Source of the DNA: Trueperaceae bacterium
Lineage (GTDB): Bacteria; Deinococcota; Deinococci; Deinococcales; Trueperaceae
Assembly: GCA_965213705.1 (NCBI GenBank)
Contig: OZ243913.1
Coordinates: 3,840,001 to 3,904,000 of the forward strand
Direction of reading: 5' to 3'
DNA: 64,000 nt
Of this stretch, positions 9,823 to 20,803 are shown in pieces. The stretch's first letter is position 1. Every line of letters begins with the position of its first letter. The notes beneath the pieces were generated by a model that was given only the letters and a program-made list of their open reading frames with translations, did no database searches and was not told the DNA's origin. The translations under genes were made by a program, and so were the position numbers.

Positions 9823-9915
9823 GTTAGGCAGCTTAGCTTAAAGGCGGAGTTTTCCATGTGCCGACAACACAAAATGAAGAGCCCGTCACTTCACCGAGGT
9901 CTCACGCTGCGCAAA

Positions 9916-11007
9916 TCAGCCGCCCGGCGCATTGGGTAGAAAGAAAAAAGCCACGCCCAAAATCGCGTAAACGCCCAGCAGCATGAACCCTTCCAACCAG
10001 TTCGTCTCGCCGTCGCGCGCGACCGAGTTAGCTATCAGAACCGCGCCGATGAGGGCGATGAGTTCCAACGAGTTGTTCAGCACCAGGTCCATCGGTTTAC
10101 CTATCAAAAACGACACAATAACGAGAATCGGCGCGACGAGCAGGGCGACCTGCACGGTCGAGCCGAGCGCGATGGTGACAGCCAAGTCCATCTTGTTCTT
10201 CATCGCAAAAAAGACCGCGGCGGCGTGTTCGGCGGCGTTGCCGACGATGGGGATGATGATGAGGCCGACAAAAAACTCTGACAGACCGAAGGCTTCGATG
10301 AAACCTTCTAAAGAGCCCACCAAAAACTCTGACATAAAGCCGACCAGAACCGTTGCGCCGAGAAGCACGCCGAGCGCGAACAGTGGGCTCCAGGCGGCGG
10401 TGTGTTCCTCGCCATGCTCGTCGTCGGCGGTCGACAAGTAGTCTCTGTGGGTAAAAAGCGTAAAGACGATGTTGGCGACGTACAGCCCGATGAGGATGAA
10501 CGACACGCCGAGGGCCAAGCGGGCGTCGTCTACCCTAATTTCGCTCGCGGCGACCCCAAAGCTGCGCTCGGTAAAGTCGAACAGGGCGGGCACCAAAAAG
10601 GCGATGACCGAGATGATGAGCAGGCTTGCGGTCACTTGCGCGTTTTGGGCGTTGAAGCGCTGCTGCGGGTAGCGCAAACCGCCCAAAAAGATAGAGAGCC
10701 CAAGCACGAGCAGCAAGTTGCCGAGAATCGAACCCGTTATCGACGCTTTAACCACGTCGAACTTGCCCGCGTTCAGCGCGAAAAACGCGATGATGAGTTC
10801 GGTCGCGTTGCCGAAGGTCGCGTTCAAGAGCCCGCCGACGGTCGAGCCGGTGCGCACCGCCAACTCTTCGGTCGCGCGGCCCATCAGTCCGGCCAGCGGC
10901 AGAATCGCCAGCGCCGAAACCCCGAAAAGCCAGGTGTCGGCGACGTGGAGGGCCTCGAGCACGAACGCCACAGGCACGAAAACGAGCAGAAAATTCATAG
11001 CGTGCAA
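9916..11007 (-). CDS. cax: Calcium/proton exchanger (CaCA family)
   Basis: GNATE and GNAAE alpha-repeat motifs, 10-11 TM; ATG at 10998 is an alternative start. Confidence 0.93.
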   Translation of the reverse strand: MHAMNFLLVFVPVAFVLEALHVADTWLFGVSALAILPLAGLMGRATEELAVRTGSTVGGLLNATFGNATELIIAFFALNAGKFDVVKASITGSILGNLLLVLGLSIFLGGLRYPQQRFNAQNAQVTASLLIISVIAFLVPALFDFTERSFGVAASEIRVDDARLALGVSFILIGLYVANIVFTLFTHRDYLSTADDEHGEEHTAAWSPLFALGVLLGATVLVGFMSEFLVGSLEGFIEAFGLSEFFVGLIIIPIVGNAAEHAAAVFFAMKNKMDLAVTIALGSTVQVALLVAPILVIVSFLIGKPMDLVLNNSLELIALIGAVLIANSVARDGETNWLEGFMLLGVYAILGVAFFFLPNAPGG

Positions 11008-11073
11008 TCTAACGAAAAAACCTTTAGCGAGGCACTTTTAGCGTAAGGCTTGCAAAAGGGGAAACGGCCGTCT

Positions 11074-12303
11074 TCAAGCCGAGACGGGCAGCTCGAGCCT
11101 GCTTTCAATACGCACATCGGCCTCCAAGGTGCGATGAACCGGGCAGCGGTTGGCGATTTCTAAAAGGCGGGCGCGCTGCTCGTCGTCCAAACTACCGTTA
11201 AGCGCAATCACCCGCTCGAAGCGGTCGAGCTTGCGCGCCTTGCCTGCGGCGTCACCCTGGCTGTCCTCGGCATGGACTTTTTGGTGCCGTACCTTGACCG
11301 TGACGGCCTCGAGGGGCCACTTTTTGCGGTCGGCGTACATGCGCAGCGTCATCGAGGTGCAAGCGCCCAGCGCGGCGGCCAAGTAGTCGTAGGGCGTCGG
11401 CCCGCTGTTGGTGCCACCGACCGACAGGGGTTCGTCCGCGACCAGCCTAAAGCCGTTCGCCAGCATCTCGGTTCTGAGGCCTTGCTCGGTCTGCACCACC
11501 ACGCGGTTGTCGCGCGCGTCATCGTACCAACTCGGCTCCGCCTTAGCCTCGACGTACTTCTGCGCCCAGGCGGAAATAATGTGGCCGGCGTAGCGCGAGT
11601 CCGCCTCGTTTGTCAAGAGGTGGTCGGCGCTGTCGAGCGAGACGTAACTTTTCGGGTGCCGCGCCGCTAGAAAAATCTTCCGCGCGTTGTCGACACCCAC
11701 CACGTTGTCGACCGGCGAGTGAAAGATGAGGAGCGGGCGACGCAAACTGTGAATTACGTCGTGCATGTGCGTTTCGTTCAGGTCGTCCAGAAATTGCTTT
11801 TTTACCTTGAAGGTGCGACCGGCTAGGGTCACTTCCGCCTTGCCCGCGCTCTCGACTTCTTCCCGGTTGGAGAGCAGCTTCGCCACACCCTCCGGCTCCG
11901 CAGGTGCGCCAATGGTCGCCACCGCCTTTACCGACGGCAAGTCACGCGCCGCCATCAGCACCGCCGCCCCGCCGAGCGAGTGCCCGACCAAGATTTGCGG
12001 CGGGCCATGCGTTTCTTCTAAATAAGCCGCCGCGTCGAGCAAGTCCGCGACGCTCGAGGAGAAGTTGGTGTCGGCAAAGTCGCCCGCGCTCTCGCCCAAA
12101 CCCGTAAAGTCGAAGCGGAGCACGGCGATTCCCTCTTGGGTCAGCGCGTGGCTGATGGTGTGGGCCGCTTTTGAGTCTTTCGAGGGGGTGAAACAGTGCG
12201 CGAACAGGGCAAAAGCGACGGGCTCGCAGTTGGCGGGCAGGTCGAGGCGAGCGGCTATTCTGTCGCCGTGGCGGTTTTGGAAGGTGAGCTTGTTCGACGG
12301 CAT
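11074..12303 (-). CDS. Bifunctional alpha/beta hydrolase - OsmC family protein
   Basis: AHCFT, GHSLGG nucleophile elbow; C-terminal ALGAC...CPVH OsmC cysteines. Confidence 0.92.
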   Translation of the reverse strand: MPSNKLTFQNRHGDRIAARLDLPANCEPVAFALFAHCFTPSKDSKAAHTISHALTQEGIAVLRFDFTGLGESAGDFADTNFSSSVADLLDAAAYLEETHGPPQILVGHSLGGAAVLMAARDLPSVKAVATIGAPAEPEGVAKLLSNREEVESAGKAEVTLAGRTFKVKKQFLDDLNETHMHDVIHSLRRPLLIFHSPVDNVVGVDNARKIFLAARHPKSYVSLDSADHLLTNEADSRYAGHIISAWAQKYVEAKAEPSWYDDARDNRVVVQTEQGLRTEMLANGFRLVADEPLSVGGTNSGPTPYDYLAAALGACTSMTLRMYADRKKWPLEAVTVKVRHQKVHAEDSQGDAAGKARKLDRFERVIALNGSLDDEQRARLLEIANRCPVHRTLEADVRIESRLELPVSA

Positions 12304-12469
12304 GGAGTCTCCCTAGGGTCAAGCTTGGGATGAAGCTTAGGATGTCTGCGGCAACAGTGTTTGTAGCAGGTTTGACGCAATAGCCCAAAAAGACAGAGGC
12401 ACCAAACGGTTTACCCTTTGCCCAAATTCCTCTGCCTCAGCCAAAACTTTGCAGTGAGCTTGCCAAATT

Positions 12470-13624
12470 TCAGTCCAGCAACGTCTTAATCCGCTCCAAA
12501 GCTTTGTGGATGTTCTCGAGACTCGTCGCGTAGCTCATCCGCACCTGGCCCGGCGCTTCGAAGTCGGTGCCGGGCACCACGCCGACGTGGGCTTGCTCGA
12601 GCAGCCGCGTCGCCGCTTTCACCTCGTCCTCGTCAATGGGTGTGGTGTCGGTCATCACGTAAAACGCGCCCTTAGGTTTGGGGGTTTTCAGGCCCAGTTT
12701 GTTCAGCCCTTCGACCAGCACGTCGCGCCGCTCGACGTAGGCCCGTTTGGTCATGTCGACGAAAGCTTGGGTTTTCTCGACCTCGTTCAGCGCCGCCACG
12801 GTCGCGTGCTGCGCCACGGCGTTCGTCCCGCTCGTGACCTGGCCCTGCAGGCGGTTCATCGCTTTGATGAGGTCCAAGGGTCCCGCCCCGTAGCCGATGC
12901 GCCAACCCGTCAGCGCGTAGGCCTTGCTCGCGCCGTGAATAATGAGCGTCTTGTCCTGGGCGTACTGCGCCGCCGCGGTGAATTCGCCCTCGTAGACAAG
13001 GTGTTCGTAAAGGTCGTCGCTGAACAGCCAGATGTCGCGCTCGGCGGCGATGTCGGCGATGCCTTGGACGACCTCGCGCGGGTAGACCGCACCGGTCGGG
13101 TTGCAGGGGGAATTGATGAGGATAATCCGCGTTTTGTCGGTGACGGCGGCGCGCACGGCTTCGACGCTCGGCACGAAGCCGTCTTCGGGCCGGGTCATGA
13201 CCGGCACCGTGACGCCGCCCGCGAGTTGCACCTGCGCCGGGTACGAGACCCAATAGGGCGCGGGGATGACGACTTCGTCGCCAGGGTTTAAGACCGACAT
13301 AAAGGCGTTGTAGAGGACCTGCTTGCCGCCGGTCGAAACGCTGATTTGGGCGGGGGAATACTCGAGCCCGTTCTCCCGCGCGAACTTCGCGGCAACCGCC
13401 TCGCGCAGTTCTAAAGTTCCTTCCGCCGGGGTGTACTTCGTCATGCCCTTGTTAATGGCCTCGTGCGCCGCTTCTAAAACGTGCTCGGGCGGCTGAAAGT
13501 CCGGCTCGCCCGCCGTCATCGCCACCACGTCGACGCCGGTGCGCGCCAAGTCTTTGGCTTTGGTGTTGAAGGCGACGGTCGCCGACGCTTTTAGGGCTTG
13601 GATGGCGGTGGACAACTGGGGCAT
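12470..13624 (-). CDS. aspC: PLP-dependent aminotransferase class I/II (aspartate aminotransferase-like)
   Basis: GEPDF, NSPCNPTG, DDLY, SKAYALTGWRIG. Confidence 0.9.
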   Translation of the reverse strand: MPQLSTAIQALKASATVAFNTKAKDLARTGVDVVAMTAGEPDFQPPEHVLEAAHEAINKGMTKYTPAEGTLELREAVAAKFARENGLEYSPAQISVSTGGKQVLYNAFMSVLNPGDEVVIPAPYWVSYPAQVQLAGGVTVPVMTRPEDGFVPSVEAVRAAVTDKTRIILINSPCNPTGAVYPREVVQGIADIAAERDIWLFSDDLYEHLVYEGEFTAAAQYAQDKTLIIHGASKAYALTGWRIGYGAGPLDLIKAMNRLQGQVTSGTNAVAQHATVAALNEVEKTQAFVDMTKRAYVERRDVLVEGLNKLGLKTPKPKGAFYVMTDTTPIDEDEVKAATRLLEQAHVGVVPGTDFEAPGQVRMSYATSLENIHKALERIKTLLD

Positions 13625-13652
13625 GGCGAACCTCTCGAGGGGAAAAGTAAAG

Positions 13653-13687
13653 GACCGAGGACCGAGCGAAAAGTAGAAAGTGGAAAG
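13653..13687 (+). repeat. Heptamer tandem repeat (GACCGAG/TGGAAAG family)
   Basis: GACCGAG GACCGAG CGAAAAG TAGAAAG TGGAAAG. Confidence 0.7.
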
Positions 13688-13759
13688 AACGAAGCCAGAG
13701 GTACTCCTCGATGCCGACTTTCTACTTCTTAGTGTTTCCTGCTCGCATCCTACCGCCTT

Positions 13760-14050
13760 TTACGCTGCCTGACCAGCCCGACCGAGGAACGTCCCCATCC
13801 CGCCCAGCATCACCAAAAAACCGAGGGTCAAAAAGGGGACCGTGTTCGCCAGCGGGTGAGCGAGCGAAGTTTAAGGCGGCGGCACGAACAGCACGCCGCG
13901 CAACCTCTCCAAACTGCGCGGGCGGATACCGAGCGCGGTCAAGCGCTGCCCCAAAAACAGCGTGTCGAACAGCTCTAGCGCCCACAGCAAAGCGGTCACC
14001 GCGAGCACAACGCCGTCGTGTCGCAAAAGGCTCGAGGCACGCGCGCTCAT
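13760..14050 (-). pseudogene. Truncated rhomboid-family intramembrane protease remnant
   Basis: LGIRPRSLERLRGVLFVPPP*TSLAHPLANTVPFLTLGFLVML: rhomboid-like N-terminal half with in-frame TAA and no catalytic GxSG region. Confidence 0.65.
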
Positions 14051-14415
14051 GGCGGAGTATGGCACGCTTTCAAACTTTGCACTTTTGCCCAAAGTCGGGC
14101 GGTCTTTTTAAGAAGCGGCTTTGGGTGGGTGTGTCTTTTTTACGGATACCTTGTGCGATTGCGTACCCCCACTAGCGGTAGAATGGGCCAAGATACACTG
14201 AGACCGACAGGTGTCCAACGACGTTAAACGCAGCCTGACGCCGCGCGAAACCGCTTCTTTGTTTAAACGAGATGAAAAGAAGGTCAACGGTGAAAAACAA
14301 AAAACGTAACCAAAAACCTGTCACTCCAGCTTTCAAGCGGTAGACTGGACGTTATGAGGTACTTTCCCAGCATCCCGCAAGCTCGCCACGCAGGTTTCCT
14401 CCGGGAAGGGGCACC

Positions 14416-16620
14416 GTGAATAGGTACGACGACCGCGCAAGACTGGTTTTTCACTTCGCACGCGAAGAGGGTTCGAAGCTCGGCCACGCGATGATCGGCC
14501 CCGAGCACTTGTTGCTCGGGCTTATGCGCGAGGGCGGCACCGCCAGCAAAGTGCTGGGCGAGTTCGGCGCGACCCTAGAGGGTTTCCGTCGTCAAGTCGA
14601 AGAGATGGTAGGCCGCGGCGACGGTCTGCCACGTAACGAAACCGCTGCGATTACCCCGCGCGCACGACGAGTCATGGAACTCGCCGGCAGCGAGGCGCGC
14701 AGCCTGGGCAGCAACGTCATCGCGACCGAGCACATTTTGCTCGGCATCATCCGCGAGGGCGACGGCGTCGCTTACCGCATCTTGCAGCAACTTACCCGCG
14801 ACGTGGACACGGTGCGCTGGCGCATCTTGGCCGCCGCCGACCCCAAGGCGCAGAGCGAGGCGGTCAACACGCCCTTTTTGGACGAGTACGCGCGCGACCT
14901 CACCAAAGAGGCCCGTGACGGCAAGCTCGACCCGGTTATCGGGCGCACCGAAGAAATCCGGCGCGTCATCCAAATCCTGTCGCGCCGCACCAAGAACAAC
15001 CCCGTGCTTATCGGCGACCCCGGCGTGGGCAAAACGGCCATCGTCGAAGGTCTCGCGCAAGCCATCATCGAGGGCCGCGTGCCGCCGAACCTCTTAAGCG
15101 TGCGGGTGCTCTCCATTGACCTTTCCAACGTGGTCGCCGGGACGAAGTACCGCGGCGAGTTCGAGGAGCGCCTGCGCCAGATTATCGAAGAGTTGCGCAG
15201 CGCCAAAGTCGTCGCCTTTATCGACGAACTCCACACCCTCGTCGGCGCGGGCGGCGCGGAAGGCACGCTCGACGCGGCTAACATCTTGAAACCTCCCTTG
15301 AGCCGCGGCGAGGTGCAAGTCATCGGCGCGACGACGACGGGCGAGTATCACCGCTACATCGAAAAAGACGCTGCACTTGAGCGCCGCTTCCAGCCCGTGA
15401 TTGTGCTCGAGCCCTCGCCCGAAGAAGCCCTGGAAATCCTCCACGGTTTGCGCGAGCGCTACGAAACGCACCACGGCGTCGTCATCCCCGACCAGATCTT
15501 GGAACTCTCGGTGCGTTTCGGCGAACGCAGCTTGCCGGGCCGCAACTTTCCCGACAAGGCCATCGACCTCATCGACGAGGCTTCGTCGCGCACCCGGCTC
15601 AACAAGTCGCTCGGCTTTCCGGTGTTGGAAGAAGAAGACGGCACCCCGATAGTCAGCCGCGAGGACTTGGAAGCCGTTATCAACTCTTGGGGCGGCATTT
15701 ATATCGATGACCAGGACGACGAAAAGCTCGCCAACTTGGAGAGCAACCTCAAGATGCGTGTGGTCGGCCAAGACCGGGCGATTCACGCGCTCGGCGCGGC
15801 GTTGCGCCGGGCGCGGGTCGGCTTGGGCGGGCGCACGCGCGTGTCAGCCTCGTTCTTGTTTGTGGGGCCGTCGGGCAGCGGCAAGACCTTCTTAGCGAAG
15901 CAACTCGCGGTCGAACTGTTCGGCAGCGAGCGTGCCCTGGTGCGCTTAGACATGTCCGAGTACCAAGAAGCCCACTCGACCTCGAAACTTATCGGGGCAC
16001 CTCCGGGCTACGTCGGGCACGAACAGGGCGGCCGTTTAACCGAAGCGGTGCGCCGTCAACCCTTTACCGTGGTGCTTTTGGACGAAATCGAAAAAGCGCA
16101 CCCCGACATCTACAACACGTTTTTGCAAGTGCTCGACGACGGGCGCTTGACCGACGGCTTGGGCCGCACCGTGGACTTCCGGCGCACCATCATCATCATG
16201 ACGAGCAACACCGGCTTCAACATCGGGCCGTCGGTCGGTTTTCAGAAAGTCATTCAAGACATTCAACAGCCCCTGAAGGGCCTGTTCAGCCCAGAGTTTT
16301 TGGACCGCCTCGACGAGGTGATTCCCTTTGCGGCGCACGACGAGCGGGGCATCTTGCACATCGTCAACTTCATGCTGGACGACATCCGCGACGAACTCGC
16401 CAGCCGCGACGTGCTGGTGACGTTCAGCGAAGAGGTCGCGCCCTTTTTGTTCGCTCAGGTACCCGAAGGCGACAGCGCCCGCCCGCTGCGCACCGTGATG
16501 CGCGAGCACATCGAAGACCCGTTGTCGGTCAAACTGCTCAGCCGCGACAACGACGAGCCTATCCTCGTCACCGTGGAGAACGACCGCGTCGTGTTCGCCG
16601 ACCCGGTGCCGATGGTTTAG
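14416..16620 (+). CDS. clpC: ATP-dependent Clp protease ATP-binding subunit (ClpA/C type)
   Basis: Clp N repeats, two AAA modules ([16 protein letters not shown]), GYVG pore loop, VGF ClpP-docking loop. Confidence 0.92.
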   Translation: MNRYDDRARLVFHFAREEGSKLGHAMIGPEHLLLGLMREGGTASKVLGEFGATLEGFRRQVEEMVGRGDGLPRNETAAITPRARRVMELAGSEARSLGSNVIATEHILLGIIREGDGVAYRILQQLTRDVDTVRWRILAAADPKAQSEAVNTPFLDEYARDLTKEARDGKLDPVIGRTEEIRRVIQILSRRTKNNPVLIGDPGVGKTAIVEGLAQAIIEGRVPPNLLSVRVLSIDLSNVVAGTKYRGEFEERLRQIIEELRSAKVVAFIDELHTLVGAGGAEGTLDAANILKPPLSRGEVQVIGATTTGEYHRYIEKDAALERRFQPVIVLEPSPEEALEILHGLRERYETHHGVVIPDQILELSVRFGERSLPGRNFPDKAIDLIDEASSRTRLNKSLGFPVLEEEDGTPIVSREDLEAVINSWGGIYIDDQDDEKLANLESNLKMRVVGQDRAIHALGAALRRARVGLGGRTRVSASFLFVGPSGSGKTFLAKQLAVELFGSERALVRLDMSEYQEAHSTSKLIGAPPGYVGHEQGGRLTEAVRRQPFTVVLLDEIEKAHPDIYNTFLQVLDDGRLTDGLGRTVDFRRTIIIMTSNTGFNIGPSVGFQKVIQDIQQPLKGLFSPEFLDRLDEVIPFAAHDERGILHIVNFMLDDIRDELASRDVLVTFSEEVAPFLFAQVPEGDSARPLRTVMREHIEDPLSVKLLSRDNDEPILVTVENDRVVFADPVPMV

Positions 16621-16658
16621 CGGCAGCCCAGCCTCGAGTCGGAAAAACGTAAATTCTT

Positions 16659-16687
16659 ATAGCCTGTTCGGTGACCGAACAGGCTAT
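16659..16687 (+). terminator. Hairpin after clpC
   Basis: ATAGCCTGTTCGG-tga-CCGAACAGGCTAT. Confidence 0.6.
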
Positions 16688-16790
16688 GCTGTTGGGGTGC
16701 TAAGGCAAAACGGACAAGTTTGGCGGTGTACGGTTGGGCCTCGAGCCTTTGATATTCGAACACTTTTGAAAGAGGCCGCCAGGTTTCGCT

Positions 16791-18128
16791 GTGGCTAAGG
16801 TTGCGACGACTTACGTTTGTACCGAGTGCGGTACGCAGTCACCCGTGAAAATGGGTCGCTGCCCGCGCTGCGGCAGTTGGGGCAGCATGGAAGCCAAGCT
16901 AGAAGCCACCCCGTCCGCCCGTGGCACGCCGCCTAGCTTGCGCGGTCTCAGCGCGCAGGTGCAAACCCTGGCCGAGGTCGAAGACGCCGGTCTGGTCCGC
17001 TTTTCTGCGGGCGTGGACGAGGTCGACCGGGTGCTCGGCGGCGGCTGGGTGCCGGGCTCGGCGCTGCTGCTTGCCGGGGAGCCGGGCATAGGCAAGTCGA
17101 CGCTGCTGTTGCAACTCGCGCACCACGCCGCCAAGGCGGGACGCAGCCTTCTTTACGTGGCGGGCGAAGAGTCGTTGGCCCAGGTCAAGATGCGCGCCGA
17201 GCGCTTAAGCGTCGGCTCAACGATGAGCCTGACCCGCGAGACCGACGCGCGCGTCTTGGCCGAACACCTGCGCGGCGTTGCCCCCGACCTCGTCATCGTC
17301 GACTCGATTCAAACCTTGAACAGCGAGGACGGCGGCACGCCCGGCAGCCTCACGCAGGTGCGCGACGGGACCGCGCTCCTCACGCAGGCCGCCAAGGACT
17401 CGGGCAGCACCCTGGTCTTGATAGGACACGTGACCAAACAGGGCTCCATCGCCGGGCCGAAAGTGGTCGAGCACGTCGTCGACGCGACGCTGGCGCTGGA
17501 GTCGGCGGCGGGGTTTCGGGTGTTGCGCGCCATTAAAAACCGCTTCGGCCCGGCGGGCGAGATGGGCGTGTTCGAAATGGCGGGCGACGGGATGCGCGCG
17601 GTCGCCAACCCGTCCGAAGCGTTTTTGGCCGAGCGGCCCCAAGGCGTCGCAGGTTCGGTAGTGGTGGCGGCGTTGGAGGGGCAGCGGCCCCTGCTGTTGG
17701 AGGTACAAGCGCTGGCGGCAAAGTCGCCGTACTCTTCACCCAAACGTGTGGTGCAAGGCCTCGACACGCGCCGGGTCGACCTGGTGTTGGCGGTGCTCGA
17801 GCGCCGTTTGGAACTTCCTTTGGCCGCCCTCGACGTGTACGTCAACGTCGCCGGCGGTTTGCGGCTCACCGACCCCGGCACCGACCTGGCGGTGGCGGTG
17901 GCGGTCTACTCGGCCGTGACCAACCGCCCCGTGCCCGAGGCGACCGCCTTTGTGGGCGAGGTGGGTTTAGCCGGCGAGGTGCGCTCGGTCGCGCAGCTCG
18001 AGCGCCGCGCCGCGGAAGCCGCGCGGGCGGGCTATCCCCGGCTCATCTCGCCGCCCGCCGCGGGCGCGAAAACGGTGCAGGTAAAGTCGCTCGAGGCCGC
18101 CCTGCGCGCTGTATGGAGTACCGAATGA
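16791..18128 (+). CDS. radA: DNA repair protein RadA/Sms
   Basis: N-terminal C4 zinc finger, GEPGIGKST, KNRFG motif. Confidence 0.97.
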   Translation: MAKVATTYVCTECGTQSPVKMGRCPRCGSWGSMEAKLEATPSARGTPPSLRGLSAQVQTLAEVEDAGLVRFSAGVDEVDRVLGGGWVPGSALLLAGEPGIGKSTLLLQLAHHAAKAGRSLLYVAGEESLAQVKMRAERLSVGSTMSLTRETDARVLAEHLRGVAPDLVIVDSIQTLNSEDGGTPGSLTQVRDGTALLTQAAKDSGSTLVLIGHVTKQGSIAGPKVVEHVVDATLALESAAGFRVLRAIKNRFGPAGEMGVFEMAGDGMRAVANPSEAFLAERPQGVAGSVVVAALEGQRPLLLEVQALAAKSPYSSPKRVVQGLDTRRVDLVLAVLERRLELPLAALDVYVNVAGGLRLTDPGTDLAVAVAVYSAVTNRPVPEATAFVGEVGLAGEVRSVAQLERRAAEAARAGYPRLISPPAAGAKTVQVKSLEAALRAVWSTE

Positions 18129-19228
18129 AGGCGGCGACCGAGCACGAGCGACCGGCGCGCGACCCGGTCGAACGCGAACGCGCCTCGTCCGCGCAGACCG
18201 TCGCGCGGGGCACGCTGAGTTTGCTCGGGGGTATTTTGGGGTTCAACGCCGCGCTGCTGTTCCAGGACGGTTTGCTGCCGGGGACCTACAACCTCGTTTA
18301 CCTGACCGTGCTGGGCGTGCTGGTTGGGTTTCTGCTGAGCTTGCCGCTCGCCAAACGCTGGGAGCGGTTGTGGCTGCGCATAAGCGCCTACCTGCGGCGC
18401 ATCTCTCCCCAGACCATCCTCGCCGCCGGGGTGGGCACGACGGTCGCGCTCGTGATTACGGTGCTGCTGAACACGGTGCTCGAGGCGGTGCCCGGCTTTA
18501 CCTGGTACTGGTCGCTCCTCATCACGCTTTTTTTAGTCGCGGGCTCGTCGTGGTTTTTTGTCAAAAATAGTCAGCAACTCGCGCTGTTCGTGCCACGGGC
18601 GACGCCGCCGCAAGTGCCCAGCAGCGACGCGCGCCTCAAACTGCTGGACACCTCCGCGATTATCGACGGGCGCATCAACGACATCGTCGAGGCGAACTTT
18701 CTGGACGGCCAACTTCTCATTCCGCGCTTTGTGCTGGCCGAGTTGCAAAACATCGCCGACTCGTCCGACCCGCTGCGCCGCAACCGCGGCCGGCGCGGCT
18801 TAGAAGTGTTGGACAAGCTCGTCGCCCAGGGACGCGTCACGGTTAAAATCGTCAGCGACGACGTTCCCGAGGTCAAAGAGGTCGACGAAAAACTCGTCCG
18901 GCTGTGCCAGAGCCGCCAGGCCGCGCTCGTCACCACCGACTACAACTTAAACCGCGTAGCAGCCCTCCAAAACGTGCGCGTGCTGAACGTCCACAGCCTC
19001 GCCAACGTGATGCGGGCGACGTTTCTGCCCGGCGAGCGCCTGACGTTGCCCATCAGCAAAGAGGGTCGGGAACCCGGTCAAGGTCTTGCCTATTTGGACG
19101 ACGGCACGATGGTCGTGGTCGAAGACGGCTCCCGGTTCGTCGGCACGACCACCGACGTGCTGGTGACGAGCAACCTGCAAACCAACATGGGTCGGATGAT
19201 TTTTGCGCGACCGTACCGGGAGGATTGA
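18113..19228 (+). CDS. Membrane-anchored PIN/TRAM domain protein (YacL-like)
   Basis: TM N-terminus, LDTSAIIDGRI, RGRRGL, YLDDGTMVVVE; follows radA. Confidence 0.92.
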   Translation: MEYRMKAATEHERPARDPVERERASSAQTVARGTLSLLGGILGFNAALLFQDGLLPGTYNLVYLTVLGVLVGFLLSLPLAKRWERLWLRISAYLRRISPQTILAAGVGTTVALVITVLLNTVLEAVPGFTWYWSLLITLFLVAGSSWFFVKNSQQLALFVPRATPPQVPSSDARLKLLDTSAIIDGRINDIVEANFLDGQLLIPRFVLAELQNIADSSDPLRRNRGRRGLEVLDKLVAQGRVTVKIVSDDVPEVKEVDEKLVRLCQSRQAALVTTDYNLNRVAALQNVRVLNVHSLANVMRATFLPGERLTLPISKEGREPGQGLAYLDDGTMVVVEDGSRFVGTTTDVLVTSNLQTNMGRMIFARPYRED

Positions 19229-19234
19229 GAACAA

Positions 19235-19262
19235 TACCGAGGACCGAGTGAAAAGTGGAAAG
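19235..19262 (+). repeat. Heptamer tandem repeat
   Basis: TACCGAG GACCGAG TGAAAAG TGGAAAG. Confidence 0.7.
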
Positions 19263-19348
19263 TAGGGTCGGGAGTTTCGTTCCTACCGGCTTACTTGCCC
19301 AAACTCATGAAAAGTGCGGACAACAGAAGCCGGCCGGGGTTGAGCACG

Positions 19349-20803
19349 TCAGAAAGGTGCCAGCGGCGCGAAAGCCGCACCTGCCCGGTGTTCCAGCACG
19401 GCGGCCAGGCGCACCAGGCGCTCGTCTTGCAGGGCGGGGGCGACGAACTGGACGCCACAGGGAAGACCGTCTTCGGCGGTCCCGGCCGGAACGCTGATGG
19501 CGGGGAGGCCCGCCAAGCTGGCTAAGACCGTGTCGACGTCGTCTAAGTACATGGCGAGCGGGTCGGCACTTTTTTCGCCGAGCTTGTAGGCGACCGTGGG
19601 CGAGGTGGGCGTGAGCAAAAAGTCGTACTGTTCGAAGGCGCGTTCGAAGTCTTGGGCGATAAGTCGGCGCACCTTGAGCGCTTTGCCGTAGTAGGCGTCG
19701 TAGTAGCCCGCCGAAAGCGCGTAGGTACCCATGAGCACGCGGCGGCGCACTTCGGGGCCGAACGTGCTGCCACGCGTTTCACTCATCACGGCGGCTTGGC
19801 CGAGCGCGTCCGCGCCGACCCGAGCGCTGTACACCATCCCGTCGAAACGCGCCAAGTTGCTGCTCGCCTCGGCGGGCGCGACGAGGTAGTAGACCGCGAC
19901 GCCGTAGGGCGCGTGGGGTAGCGACACGTTGCCGACGGTGGCACCCAAGCCCTCGAGCCCCGCCCTCACCCGCTCCAACGCCGCACGTACGCCCGCGCTG
20001 TTGCCTGCGCCACTCAACTCCTCGACCACACCGACGCGCACCCCCGTCAGGTCGTCCAAACCGTCCAGCGCCGCCCCAAACTCGGGCGCGACCGCCACAC
20101 TCGTCGCGTCACAGGGGTCGTGCCCGCTCATGACGTCGAGGGCGAGGGCCACGTCTCGTGCGCTGCGCGCGAGCACGCCGACCTGGTCGAGCGAACTTGC
20201 AAAGGCGACGACCCCGTAGCGCGACAACCGGCCGTAGGTGGGTTTGAAACCGATGACGCCGCACAACGCCGCCGGTTGCCGCACCGAGCCGCCCGTGTCG
20301 GTGCCGAGCGCTAAGGGAGCGACCCCCGTCGCCACCGCCACCGCCGAGCCGCCCGACGAGCCGCCCGGCACGTACGCCGAGTCCCACGGGTTGCGCGCCG
20401 CGCCGAACGCCGAATTCTCGTTGCTGCTGCCCATCCCGAACTCGTCTAAGTTCGCCTTGGCGACGACGACTGCCCCGGCAGCCTCCAAGCGCTTGACCAC
20501 CGTCGCGCTGTAGGGCGGAACAAAGTGCTCCAAACTTTTGGACCCCGCCGTCGTGCGAACCCCGGCGGTGCAGATGTTGTCTTTTATGACGACCGGCACC
20601 CCGGCGAGCGGGCCGACCGGCTCTCCCCTGACAATCGAATCGTCCACGGCTCGAGCCCGCGCCAGCGCTTCTTCGTGAAGAACGGTGACAAAGGCGTTGA
20701 GGCCGCGTACCGCTTCGGCCCTCTCCAGCGACTCGCGCACCGACCTTTCGGCACTCTGTTCACCCGCGGCGGTGCGGCGCGCTGTCTCAAAAGCAAACTC
20801 CAT
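19349..20803 (-). CDS. gatA: Asp/Glu-tRNA amidotransferase subunit A
   Basis: KDNI, PGGSSGGS, GTDTGGSVRQPA, LSAGYYDAYY; start set at MEFAFE. Confidence 0.95.
   Translation of the reverse strand: MEFAFETARRTAAGEQSAERSVRESLERAEAVRGLNAFVTVLHEEALARARAVDDSIVRGEPVGPLAGVPVVIKDNICTAGVRTTAGSKSLEHFVPPYSATVVKRLEAAGAVVVAKANLDEFGMGSSNENSAFGAARNPWDSAYVPGGSSGGSAVAVATGVAPLALGTDTGGSVRQPAALCGVIGFKPTYGRLSRYGVVAFASSLDQVGVLARSARDVALALDVMSGHDPCDATSVAVAPEFGAALDGLDDLTGVRVGVVEELSGAGNSAGVRAALERVRAGLEGLGATVGNVSLPHAPYGVAVYYLVAPAEASSNLARFDGMVYSARVGADALGQAAVMSETRGSTFGPEVRRRVLMGTYALSAGYYDAYYGKALKVRRLIAQDFERAFEQYDFLLTPTSPTVAYKLGEKSADPLAMYLDDVDTVLASLAGLPAISVPAGTAEDGLPCGVQFVAPALQDERLVRLAAVLEHRAGAAFAPLAPF

Noticed and set aside
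12321..12344. AAGCTT(G/A)GGATG direct repeat upstream of the OsmC fusion gene
   Set aside because: Only two copies, overlapping a likely -10; insufficient evidence for an operator.
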